From an uncultured Chloroflexia bacterium (lineage in GTDB: Bacteria; Chloroflexota; Ktedonobacteria; Ktedonobacterales; JADMIN01), in contig CAVRAI010000015.1 in assembly GCA_963718915.1 (NCBI GenBank), forward strand, positions 270,001 to 302,000: 32,000 nt of DNA. The letters run 5' to 3'. Under the pieces are notes generated by a model, which worked only from the letters and a program-made list of their open reading frames with translations, was not told where the DNA came from and searched no databases. Made by a program: the position numbers and the translations under genes. Below are positions 9,281 through 16,618 of the stretch, one piece after another; position 1 is the first letter of the stretch, and every line of letters begins with the position of its first letter.

Positions 9281-10317
9281 TGGAGCCGCTTGTGGGCCTC
9301 ATCGCCAACGCAGCCGCGGCGCATGATGTGCGGCGGCTCAGCGGCCACGGCTCGATTGTGGATCAGCACGAGAAGGAGCGTATTCTGCGGCGCGTGCTGT
9401 TTGGTTTGCAGGCGGTGGGTGTCAACGAGGCGCTCGCGATGCCCGACCCGTACGGGCTGGCGCTGGCCGCCGCCGACGCGCGCGATCTTCAGGCGCGGGT
9501 GCGTCTCGTGGACATGTCCCTGGCGCACGATGAGCGTGACTCAACGCTGGCGGCGGAGTGGATGGCGCTGGAAAACTGCGCCTGCATCGTCGTGCTGGGT
9601 GGGGATGGGACGTGCCGCGCGGTGGCGAAGGGCTGCCGCGATGTCCCACTCTTGCCGATATCCACTGGCACTAACAACGTCATTCCGCGCCCCACTGAGG
9701 GGACGGTGGCGGGGCTGGTCGCTGGCCTCTTCGCCCGTGGCCTGATACCCCAGGAGATTGCTGTACAGCGGAGCAAACGCCTGGAGGTGACGCGGAGCGG
9801 CGAGGTGATCGAGAGCGCGCTCGTGGATATCGCCGCATCCACACAGCCTTTTCTAGGCGCGCGGGCCATCACCGACCTCGCGCCGCTACGCCAGCTCTGG
9901 CTCACCCAGGCGGTTCCCGGCGCTATCGGACTCTCCGCCATTGGGGCGCACCTGCATCCATTGGCGCCGGAAGCCGAACATGCGCTGCTGCTCGATCTCG
10001 CCGCGGCGGATAGTGTAGGGAGCGCTGCTGACGGTGTCTCGGTACTGGCGCCCATCGCGCCGGGCCTGGTGCGGCATGCGGTGGTTCGCTCGTGGCGTCT
10101 GCTCGCAATTGGTGATCCAGCGGAGATTCACGACCGCCCGTGCGTGCTGGCGCTCGACGGCGAGCGGTCGCTCGCGCTGCGGGCGGGCGAGCCAACCACC
10201 GCGATTCGCGCCAGCTGGGCGGGGCCGCGCCTACTCGATGTGGCGGCGGCGATGAACTACGCCGCGACGCACGGCCTCTTCCAGCGCCCGCTGCCAGCAT
10301 CCGAGGCGGATGGCTGA
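9280..10317 (+). CDS. ATP-NAD kinase family protein (AcoX-like)
   Basis: The start overlaps the E2 stop (TGATG). Contains VVLGGDGTCRAVAKG..LLPISTGTNNV, the NAD-kinase/diacylglycerol-kinase GGDG fold. Size (345 aa) and operon context resemble AcoX of acetoin operons. Confidence 0.8.
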   Translation: MEPLVGLIANAAAAHDVRRLSGHGSIVDQHEKERILRRVLFGLQAVGVNEALAMPDPYGLALAAADARDLQARVRLVDMSLAHDERDSTLAAEWMALENCACIVVLGGDGTCRAVAKGCRDVPLLPISTGTNNVIPRPTEGTVAGLVAGLFARGLIPQEIAVQRSKRLEVTRSGEVIESALVDIAASTQPFLGARAITDLAPLRQLWLTQAVPGAIGLSAIGAHLHPLAPEAEHALLLDLAAADSVGSAADGVSVLAPIAPGLVRHAVVRSWRLLAIGDPAEIHDRPCVLALDGERSLALRAGEPTTAIRASWAGPRLLDVAAAMNYAATHGLFQRPLPASEADG

Positions 10318-10335
10318 GTGCCCGCCTGTCGCCCG

Positions 10336-10716
10336 TCACTGCACGGTGATGGTGACGTTCATATTTGGGTGAATCGTGCAGGTGAGATGGTATGTTCCCG
10401 CCGTAGTAAAGGTAATATCTTTCGTCGTGCCGGGGCTGAACGCCATACCGGGGCCTTGCAGCTCGGAGGGGCCACTGGCGTTGGTGTCGCACTTGCCATT
10501 CTGACCAATGCAAATCATATGGGTACCGCCAGAATCCTGCGAATCAACCATATGCAGCGCCTGGCCAGTGCTCAGTGTGATGCTGGTCTGCGTGAAGCTG
10601 GCTGCTCCCATGTCGAGTTCATTGCTCGCGCCGCTTGCGGAACTGCCACCGCAGCCCGCGAGGGCAAGCGCCAGCAGGAAGACGGAGAAGATGATCGCGC
10701 TGAGACGGGTGCGCAT
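10336..10716 (-). CDS. Cupredoxin-domain lipoprotein (plastocyanin/azurin-like type-1 copper site)
   Basis: Signal peptide with lipobox LALAGC. The C-terminal sequence YHLTCTIHPNMNVTITV gives the Cys-x2-His-x2-Met copper-ligand pattern. AAAGGGA Shine-Dalgarno upstream. Confidence 0.8.
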   Translation of the reverse strand: MRTRLSAIIFSVFLLALALAGCGGSSASGASNELDMGAASFTQTSITLSTGQALHMVDSQDSGGTHMICIGQNGKCDTNASGPSELQGPGMAFSPGTTKDITFTTAGTYHLTCTIHPNMNVTITVQ

Positions 10717-10868
10717 GGCATTTCCCTTTCTCGTGATGAGAACTCAATCGAGCGGATTTGACGTGAAGTACTACGCTGGGGGTTACAGCGAGCAGGCGCG
10801 GACGCCGGGCGCTGGTCATGATTCGGCGTGTTGTTGGCGAGGTTGAATACACAAAGAGGGTGAATGGG

Positions 10869-10940
10869 TGGGCGGCACAGGATTTGAACCTGTGACCCTC
10901 TGGGTGTAAACCAGATGCTCTGCCGCTGAGCTAGCCGCCC
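10869..10940 (-). tRNA. tRNA-Val (anticodon TAC)
   Basis: Hand-folded cloverleaf: acceptor GGGCGGC/GCCGCCC, D-arm GCTC..GAGC, anticodon stem TCTGG/CCAGA with loop TTTACAC, T-arm ACAGG-TTCAAAT-CCTGT, discriminator A. CCA is not encoded. Confidence 0.9.
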
Positions 10941-11036
10941 GTTGATCGTACGAAGGACGCCGCCAAAAGAAACGACGTGCGCAAGCGTTGCTGCTCCGCA
11001 CGTCAGCTGCCATCTGGCGCGTCTAGCGCCTTTGGG

Positions 11037-11118
11037 TGCCCCCGAGTGGACTCGAACCACCACGCCCTTTCGAGCACAGGCCCTCAACCTGCCGCGTATA
11101 CCATTCCGCCACGGGGGC
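11037..11118 (-). tRNA. tRNA-Leu (anticodon GAG), class II with long variable arm
   Basis: Acceptor GCCCCCG/CGGGGGC, anticodon stem GCAGG/CCTGT with loop TTGAGGG, a 14-nt variable arm, T-arm GGTGG-TTCGAGT-CCACT. Length 82 nt; CCA is not encoded. Confidence 0.9.
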
Positions 11119-11178
11119 TTGTCGCGCCACCTAAAGCAGTTGGGATACCCCAAGACGCCAGGCGGTAACGCGAGCTAA

Positions 11179-11208
11179 AGTATACACCGCGCGCCGCTGC
11201 GTTGTCAA
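11179..11208 (-). promoter_or_regulatory. Candidate promoter of the tRNA-Leu/tRNA-Val unit (TTGACA-18-TATACT)
   Basis: On the minus strand, TTGACA (11208..11203), an 18-nt spacer, then TATACT (11184..11179). It lies about 55 nt upstream of the tRNA-Leu 5' end. Confidence 0.45.
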
Positions 11209-11312
11209 CGGGCGCTCGCCCTGTGCTACCATGCATGCACGAGAAGCCGACGCGCTTGTCTCAACTTCTGTTCCGCTGCCCGCACGCTACTGAATAAAGG
11301 ATCGGATGTCTC

Positions 11313-12485
11313 ATGCTGCGCTTTCTGACGGCTGGCGAATCACACGGCCCCAGCCTCACCGTGATTCTGGATGGTCTGCCCGCCGGGCTGCCCTTCGTCC
11401 GCGCGCGCATTGACGACGACCTGCGCCGCCGCCAGGGAGGCTATGGGCGCGGCGGGCGCATGAAGATCGAGCGCGACAAGGTCGAGGTGCTTTCCGGCGT
11501 GCGCCACGGGCATACGCTTGGGTCGCCGCTGACGCTGCGTATCGAGAATCGCGACTGGGCCAACTGGCAGGAGGCGATGAGCGCCGATCCTATTGGTGAG
11601 CCGACCGAGGCGGTGACGCGGGTGCGGCCGGGACACGCCGACCTGACGGGCGCGCTCAAATACGGCCACGACGATGTGCGCGAGGTAATCGAGCGGGCAA
11701 GCTCGCGCGAGACGGCAGCGCGGGTGGCGGCGGGCGGTGTCTGTCGGTTGCTGCTGGAGGCGTTTGGCGTCGCCATTCACAGCCACGTGCTCTCCGTCGC
11801 CGAGGTGGGCTATCCGCCCGATGGCGCGCCCGATGGCGGCCAGGCTGATGTGGCGTTCTGGGAGCGGGTGGAAGATTCGTCAATGCGCTGCGCCGACGCC
11901 GCACTCACCCAGCGGATGATCGAGCGCATTCTGGAAGGCAAGCGCCAGGGCGACACCTGTGGCGGTGTCTTCGAGGTGGTTGGTACGGGCGTGCCGGTTG
12001 GGCTGGGCAGCTACAGCCAGTGGGATCGCCGGTTGAGTGGTCGTATCGCCCAGGCGCTGATGAGCGTCCCTTCGGCCAAAGGGGTCGAGATCGGCGCGGG
12101 GTTCCGGGTGGCGGCGCTGCCCGGCTCGCAGGTGCACGATGTTGCGCGCTACGACGACGCGACGGGATGGGCTCACCTGACCAACAACGCGGGCGGCATC
12201 GAAGGCGGCATCAGCAATGGCGCGCCGATTGTCGCGCGGGTGGCCGTCAAGCCGATTCCGACACTGGCGCATCCCCTGCCCTCGGTGGATGTGCGCACTG
12301 GCGAGGAGATCGCGGTGACACGCTACGAACGGAGCGATGTCTGCGTCGTGCCTGCCGCGGGGGTCGTCGGCGAGGCGATGCTGGCGCTGACGCTCGCCGA
12401 CGCCTGGCTCGAAAAATTCGGCGGCGATAGCCTGCGCGAGATGCGCGCCAACGTCGAGCAGTATCTCGCCAGCCTCCGGCGATGA
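11313..12485 (+). CDS. aroC: Chorismate synthase
   Basis: The N-terminus MLRFLTAGESHGPSLTVILDGLPAGL and RRQGGYGRGGRMKIE are signature chorismate synthase motifs. Full length, 390 aa. Confidence 0.95.
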   Translation: MLRFLTAGESHGPSLTVILDGLPAGLPFVRARIDDDLRRRQGGYGRGGRMKIERDKVEVLSGVRHGHTLGSPLTLRIENRDWANWQEAMSADPIGEPTEAVTRVRPGHADLTGALKYGHDDVREVIERASSRETAARVAAGGVCRLLLEAFGVAIHSHVLSVAEVGYPPDGAPDGGQADVAFWERVEDSSMRCADAALTQRMIERILEGKRQGDTCGGVFEVVGTGVPVGLGSYSQWDRRLSGRIAQALMSVPSAKGVEIGAGFRVAALPGSQVHDVARYDDATGWAHLTNNAGGIEGGISNGAPIVARVAVKPIPTLAHPLPSVDVRTGEEIAVTRYERSDVCVVPAAGVVGEAMLALTLADAWLEKFGGDSLREMRANVEQYLASLRR

Positions 12486-12522
12486 GCGTGATATCAGTTG
12501 TTGGCCGCCTGGGCGCGCTCTC

Positions 12523-12570
12523 GACCTCTGGCTCCCCTCCCCGCGTCGGGGAGGGGCTGGGGGAGAGGTC
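12523..12570. repeat. GC-rich nested inverted repeat (REP-like element / possible aroC terminator)
   Basis: Inner perfect hairpin CCCCTCCCC-GCGTC-GGGGAGGGG (12534..12556), flanked by the outer arms GACCTCT (12523..12529) and AGAGGTC (12564..12570). No U-tract. Confidence 0.5.
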
Positions 12571-12591
12571 TTGCCGCCAATACCTCGCAGT

Positions 12592-12620
12592 TTGACACTT
12601 CTCAGGCGTAGATATATGCT
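12592..12620 (+). promoter_or_regulatory. Candidate promoter for the Rrf2 regulator gene (TTGACA-17-TATGCT)
   Basis: TTGACA at 12592..12597, a 17-nt spacer, TATGCT at 12615..12620. It lies about 110 nt upstream of the ATG at 12732. Confidence 0.45.
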
Positions 12621-12731
12621 GTGAGATGGACGTGATACCAGCCAGTATGAAGCGCGTGCGGTTGCGGTTCTCAACAGCGTGCTCGGCAGACCGAGCTTGC
12701 GCTGTAATGACGTAATGATGCGAGGATTTCC

Positions 12732-13178
12732 ATGATGCGATTGACGATGAAGGGCGACTATGGGCTGCGCGCGATGGTTGATCTGGCGGCGCACTATGGC
12801 CAGGGACCAGTCCCCAGCGCGGACATTGCCACTCGCCAGCAGGTGCCGGAACATTTCCTCGATCAGGTGCTCATTGCGCTGCGCCGCGCCGGGCTGCTCA
12901 AAAGCGCGCGCGGACCGCAGGGCGGCCATATGCTGGCGCGCTCGCCCGCGAACATCAGCATGGGCGATGTTGTGAACGCGCTCGAAGGGACGGTCGCGCC
13001 AATGGAGTGCGTGCCCAATCCGGCGTGGTGCCAGCTCTCGCCTGGATGTGGCTTCCGCGATATCTGGGTGCAGGTGGACGACTTCACCCGGAACCTGCTC
13101 GCCAATACTACCCTCGAGCAGCTTGCCCACAAGCACCACGTCAGCATGCAGGAGCGCGACGCGATGTACTACATCTGA
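12732..13178 (+). CDS. Rrf2-family transcriptional regulator (IscR/CymR-like, with Cys triad)
   Basis: MRLTMKGDYGLRAMVDLA... matches the Rrf2 winged-helix N-terminus. The three cysteines in ECVPNPAWCQLSPGCGF are spaced like Fe-S-ligating Rrf2 proteins. A tandem ATG ATG start means the start could be 12735. Confidence 0.9.
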   Translation: MMRLTMKGDYGLRAMVDLAAHYGQGPVPSADIATRQQVPEHFLDQVLIALRRAGLLKSARGPQGGHMLARSPANISMGDVVNALEGTVAPMECVPNPAWCQLSPGCGFRDIWVQVDDFTRNLLANTTLEQLAHKHHVSMQERDAMYYI

Positions 13179-13447
13179 TCCACTTCTTCTGATCTCATCC
13201 GCTGCCCATCTCGCCTGGCCCATCCGCTGACTGCTGTCACGTGAGGCGCTGGGCGTTTTTGCGCCTGCACATGAAAAGATCCGCATTTTCAGATAATCTT
13301 GATAAAGTGTACTGTCTTGATGCACTATACATTGTGAAGTGCGTCGTGGCGCGCATGTATGCCGCCCCGCGATCACCGGGCGGCGAATGAGCCGCGCCAG
13401 TTTACTGGGTCACCCTCTGGGTTTGTTGGGAGCAGGAGAAAAGAACG

Positions 13448-14380
13448 ATGCCACACTGGGCAAAAGATGCGACACAACTGATCGGCAACACGCCACTGGT
13501 GCGTCTGAATCGAGTCACGCCGGGCGGCGCGACGGTGCTCGCGAAGCTCGAAGCGTTTCAGCCGGGCTACAGCGTTAAGGATCGTATCGCCGTCAGCATG
13601 ATCGATGAGGCGGAAAAGGCGGGTATTCTCAAGCCCGGTATGACGATCATCGAGCCAACCAGCGGCAATACGGGTATTGGGCTGGCGTGGGTCGCGGCGG
13701 CGCGCGGCTATCGCTGCGTCCTGGTGATGCCGGAATCGGTGAGCGTCGAACGGCGGATGGTGCTGAAGCGGCTCGGCGCTGAGGTGGTGCTGACGCCCGC
13801 GGCGCAGCGCATGCCGGGGGCCATCGCGAAGGTGAAGGAGCTACAAGAGCAGACGCCCGGCTCGTGGGTGCCACAGCAGTTCGAGAACCCCGCCAATCCG
13901 AAGATCCATCGCGAGACGACGGCCCTGGAAATCTGGAACGATACCGAGGGCCAGGTGGATGCGGTGGTCTCGGGCATCGGCACGGGCGGCACGCTTACAG
14001 GCGTTGGTGAGGCGCTCAAGGCGCGCAAGCCCGACGTGAAGATGATCGCGGTCGAGCCGTCTTCCTCGGCCGTGCTTTCGGGCGGCCAGGCGGGGCCAAC
14101 CAAGATTCAGGGAATCGGCGCGGGCTTTGTGCCGGACGTGCTGGATACAAAGCTGATCGACGAGATTATCGCCGTTGGCGATGACGACGCGGTGCAGATG
14201 GCGCGCCGTCTCGCACGTGAGGAGGGGCTGCTCGTCGGCATCAGCAGCGGCGCGGCGGCATGGGCGGCTGCTCAGTTGGCGGCCCGCCCCGAATACAACG
14301 GCAAGACGATTGTCGTGGTCTTCCCCTCGGCTGGCGAGCGCTACCTCAGCACCGTCCTCTACGACGACGTCCGCGATTAG
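13448..14380 (+). CDS. cysK: Cysteine synthase A (O-acetylserine sulfhydrylase)
   Basis: Contains [13 protein letters not shown], the PLP-lysine context [26 protein letters not shown] and [17 protein letters not shown] lies 9 nt upstream. Confidence 0.95.
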   Translation: MPHWAKDATQLIGNTPLVRLNRVTPGGATVLAKLEAFQPGYSVKDRIAVSMIDEAEKAGILKPGMTIIEPTSGNTGIGLAWVAAARGYRCVLVMPESVSVERRMVLKRLGAEVVLTPAAQRMPGAIAKVKELQEQTPGSWVPQQFENPANPKIHRETTALEIWNDTEGQVDAVVSGIGTGGTLTGVGEALKARKPDVKMIAVEPSSSAVLSGGQAGPTKIQGIGAGFVPDVLDTKLIDEIIAVGDDDAVQMARRLAREEGLLVGISSGAAAWAAAQLAARPEYNGKTIVVVFPSAGERYLSTVLYDDVRD

Positions 14381-14409
14381 CGTGTATAGCTGTTTTTACC
14401 TGTACTATG

Positions 14410-14448
14410 GAAGCGCCAGATCGAGCCAGTCACGGCTGCTGGCGCTTC
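14410..14448. terminator. Hairpin between convergent cysK and kinase genes (possible bidirectional terminator)
   Basis: GAAGCGCCAG (14410..14419) pairs perfectly with CTGGCGCTTC (14439..14448). The 19-nt loop contains a smaller AGCC/GGCT stem. No clear U-tract. Confidence 0.4.
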
Positions 14449-14477
14449 TCCATTAACTTCTCTGCGGCGCTACTAAC

Positions 14478-16142
14478 TCAGCACGACCGGTTGAGGTAAA
14501 TCTTGACCGATTGCGTGGCTTTCCAGTAGGAGCCGACATTAGGATTGCTGTTGTCGTAATGGCCCAGATTGCCTGTTCCATTCTGCCCCTGGTAGAGCAC
14601 CACATGCCATGCTGAGTTGCTATCGCTGAATGATCCTAGATTGCCCGCGATACCTCCCGGAAGATTGGCATAGGCATCAACATTTCCCGCTGCCACGGAC
14701 CAGTTCCAGCTCTGGCCGCCATAATTCGTGCCGGCAAAGAACGTGACACCGCTGCCTCCGTTGAGATACGGGCAGGGAGTGTTTGTCGCCGTTGGGATCG
14801 GTATTGGCGTCGGCGTGGGAGTTGGTGTGGGCGTCGGCGTGGGTGTGGGCATCGGTGTATAAGTTGGTAAAGGTGTATACGTGGGCTGGCCTGGTGGCGC
14901 CGTTGGCTGTACAACTGGATTGGAGTGGTGGCGTGGTGTAGCTGTGGGCTTGCCCGGCTTGCCACCAGTGGTCGGCGTAGAGCCATCGCCGTTATTACCG
15001 CCATCGCTCTGGGTCAGGCCAGCGGTTGGCGTTCCTGGTATCAGCGCCGCCAGGATTGCGCCGAATCCATTCCGATTGAGGACGAGCGCGGCGATGATGA
15101 TGAGCGCGATGACAGCCAGCCACGCCGGAGCGGCGCTCCGTCGCTTTCGAGTCTGTGTTGGATCTTGTGATGACCAGGAGACCGGAGGAACGGTATTCGT
15201 CCATTGCAACGAGCCGGGAGTGCTGAACGCCGGGGCAGCGAACGCGATGGGGCGGACAGAGGAGTCCCACTGCCCATTGAGACCATCCGAAAAAGCGTGC
15301 GCCATCTCGGATGCGCTCGCGAAGCGCTCTCCGGGCTGTTTGGCAAGCGCCTGCCAGATGACCGCCTCGGCAGGCTCCGGCAAGTCGGGCCGTAGCGTGC
15401 GGGGAAGCGGAGGCATGTCCTGGCTCTGCTTGCGTAGCATCTCCATCAGGGAATCGGCCTCGAACGGCGCCTGACCGGTGACAAGCTCGAACAGCACAGC
15501 TCCCAGACTGTAGATATCTGAGGCGGCGGAGACCTGCCCGGTCGTAATTTGCTCGGGCGCGATATAGGCGGGCGTACCCAGCATGCGACTGGTGCTGGTC
15601 AGCTTGGTTCGCGTCTCCTCCAGTAGCCGGGCGATGCTGAAATCGCTGAGATGAGCGTTGCCCTCGGCGTCGAGCAGCACGTTTTGTGGCTTGATATCAC
15701 GGTGGATGATCCCCTGACTATGGGCATAGTCGAGGGCGGCGGCGATCTGTGTCATATAGCGGTCGGCCTCAGGCAGCGGGCGATTGCCCAACGCTAGCCG
15801 GGTTGCCAGCGTGCCACCTGACAGGTAGGGCAGGATCATATAGGTCAGCCCGTCCTGCTCGCCAAAATCGAGCACCGAGACAATATTGGGATGTTGCATC
15901 CGCTTGAGCGTTTCCGCCTCGCGGACGAATCGCTTGCGGAATGTGCTGCGCTCGTCCGCCGTCATCTGCCATGGCAGCAGGAGGATCTTGATCGCGACCT
16001 CGGCGGGTTTCCCTTCCTCCTCGGCGGCGCGTCGGCCAAGAAAGACCGCGCCCATCGCGCCCATACCCAGCACCCGTTCGAGGTGGTACCCGGCAATCTC
16101 GCGGCCAATAAGGGCCTCTGGCCCTTCAGCGCCTGGCCCCAT
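14478..16142 (-). CDS. Receptor-type Ser/Thr protein kinase 1 (kinase domain, one TM helix, Pro/Thr linker, Cys-bracketed Gly/Asn-rich ectodomain)
   Basis: Hanks motifs VAIKIL, HRDIKPQNVLL, DFSIARL, GTPAYIAPE. TM helix AAPAWLAVIALIIIAALVL. The linker includes PTPTPTPTPTPTPTPIPIP. The approx. 100-aa C-terminal domain runs CPYLNGGSGVTFFAGTNYGGQSW...VKIYLNRSC. Confidence 0.9.
   Translation of the reverse strand: MGPGAEGPEALIGREIAGYHLERVLGMGAMGAVFLGRRAAEEEGKPAEVAIKILLLPWQMTADERSTFRKRFVREAETLKRMQHPNIVSVLDFGEQDGLTYMILPYLSGGTLATRLALGNRPLPEADRYMTQIAAALDYAHSQGIIHRDIKPQNVLLDAEGNAHLSDFSIARLLEETRTKLTSTSRMLGTPAYIAPEQITTGQVSAASDIYSLGAVLFELVTGQAPFEADSLMEMLRKQSQDMPPLPRTLRPDLPEPAEAVIWQALAKQPGERFASASEMAHAFSDGLNGQWDSSVRPIAFAAPAFSTPGSLQWTNTVPPVSWSSQDPTQTRKRRSAAPAWLAVIALIIIAALVLNRNGFGAILAALIPGTPTAGLTQSDGGNNGDGSTPTTGGKPGKPTATPRHHSNPVVQPTAPPGQPTYTPLPTYTPMPTPTPTPTPTPTPTPIPIPTATNTPCPYLNGGSGVTFFAGTNYGGQSWNWSVAAGNVDAYANLPGGIAGNLGSFSDSNSAWHVVLYQGQNGTGNLGHYDNSNPNVGSYWKATQSVKIYLNRSC
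14793..14849 (-). repeat. Coding low-complexity (Pro-Thr)7-(Pro-Ile)2 linker repeat inside kinase 1
   Basis: Minus-strand CCN-ACN dipeptide codon repeats translate to PTPTPTPTPTPTPTPIPIP. Confidence 0.8.
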
Positions 16143-16267
16143 CGCGTTCCCCTCTTTCTCGGTATCAGCCGCCCCGCCGCCAGCGCGTCACTTGTCTGGC
16201 TCTCTATGTCTGTAAAGCCCAGTCATACCACCACTCAATGCCGATTGCCCGGTAGCGTGGTGAGCGT

Positions 16268-16295
16268 AGTGTACTCCTCGGCGTCCGATTGTCAA
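16268..16295 (-). promoter_or_regulatory. Candidate promoter for kinase 1 (TTGACA-16-TACACT)
   Basis: On the minus strand, TTGACA (16295..16290), a 16-nt spacer, then TACACT (16273..16268). It lies about 120 nt upstream of the ATG at 16142. Confidence 0.35.
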
Positions 16296-16483
16296 GCGCC
16301 GCACGAAACGCGCTGTATTCACACGCCATCCGTTCGCACTATCATGCCGCCACACGCCGCATCAACTGCTGGATGAAACAGACGGACATGGGGCCCAAGC
16401 TCGTCAGGACAGACTACGGCACTGTGAGTGTATTGGACCATACTCCATTGACGATGACCCACACATGGTCGCCATGTTGTGCG

Positions 16484-16618
16484 TCATAGCATGTATTGGC
16501 GCTGTCCCATGTCTGCGGCGATGTCGCTACCGTTATCGTGGAACGAGTTGCTCTGCGGCGGAGTGCTGAAATTGCAGCTATAGGTGTATCCACCAGGCGG
16601 GAAGTTGTTGAAAGTCAT
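16484..16618 (-). other. 44-codon ORF whose ATG overlaps the kinase-2 stop (ATGA); probably a displaced piece of the kinase-2 ectodomain rather than an independent gene
   Basis: Translates to MTFNNFPPGGYTYSCNFSTPPQSNSFHDNGSDIAADMGQRQYML. The composition is protein-like (Asn/Phe/Tyr/Ser-rich, lower GC), unlike typical off-frame translation in this GC-rich DNA. Confidence 0.3.

Noticed and set aside
13243-13265. A terminator-like AGGCGC..GCGCCT stem after the Rrf2 gene.
   Set aside because: The T-run lies inside the loop rather than after the stem, and the stem is only 6 bp. It does not fit an intrinsic terminator on either strand.
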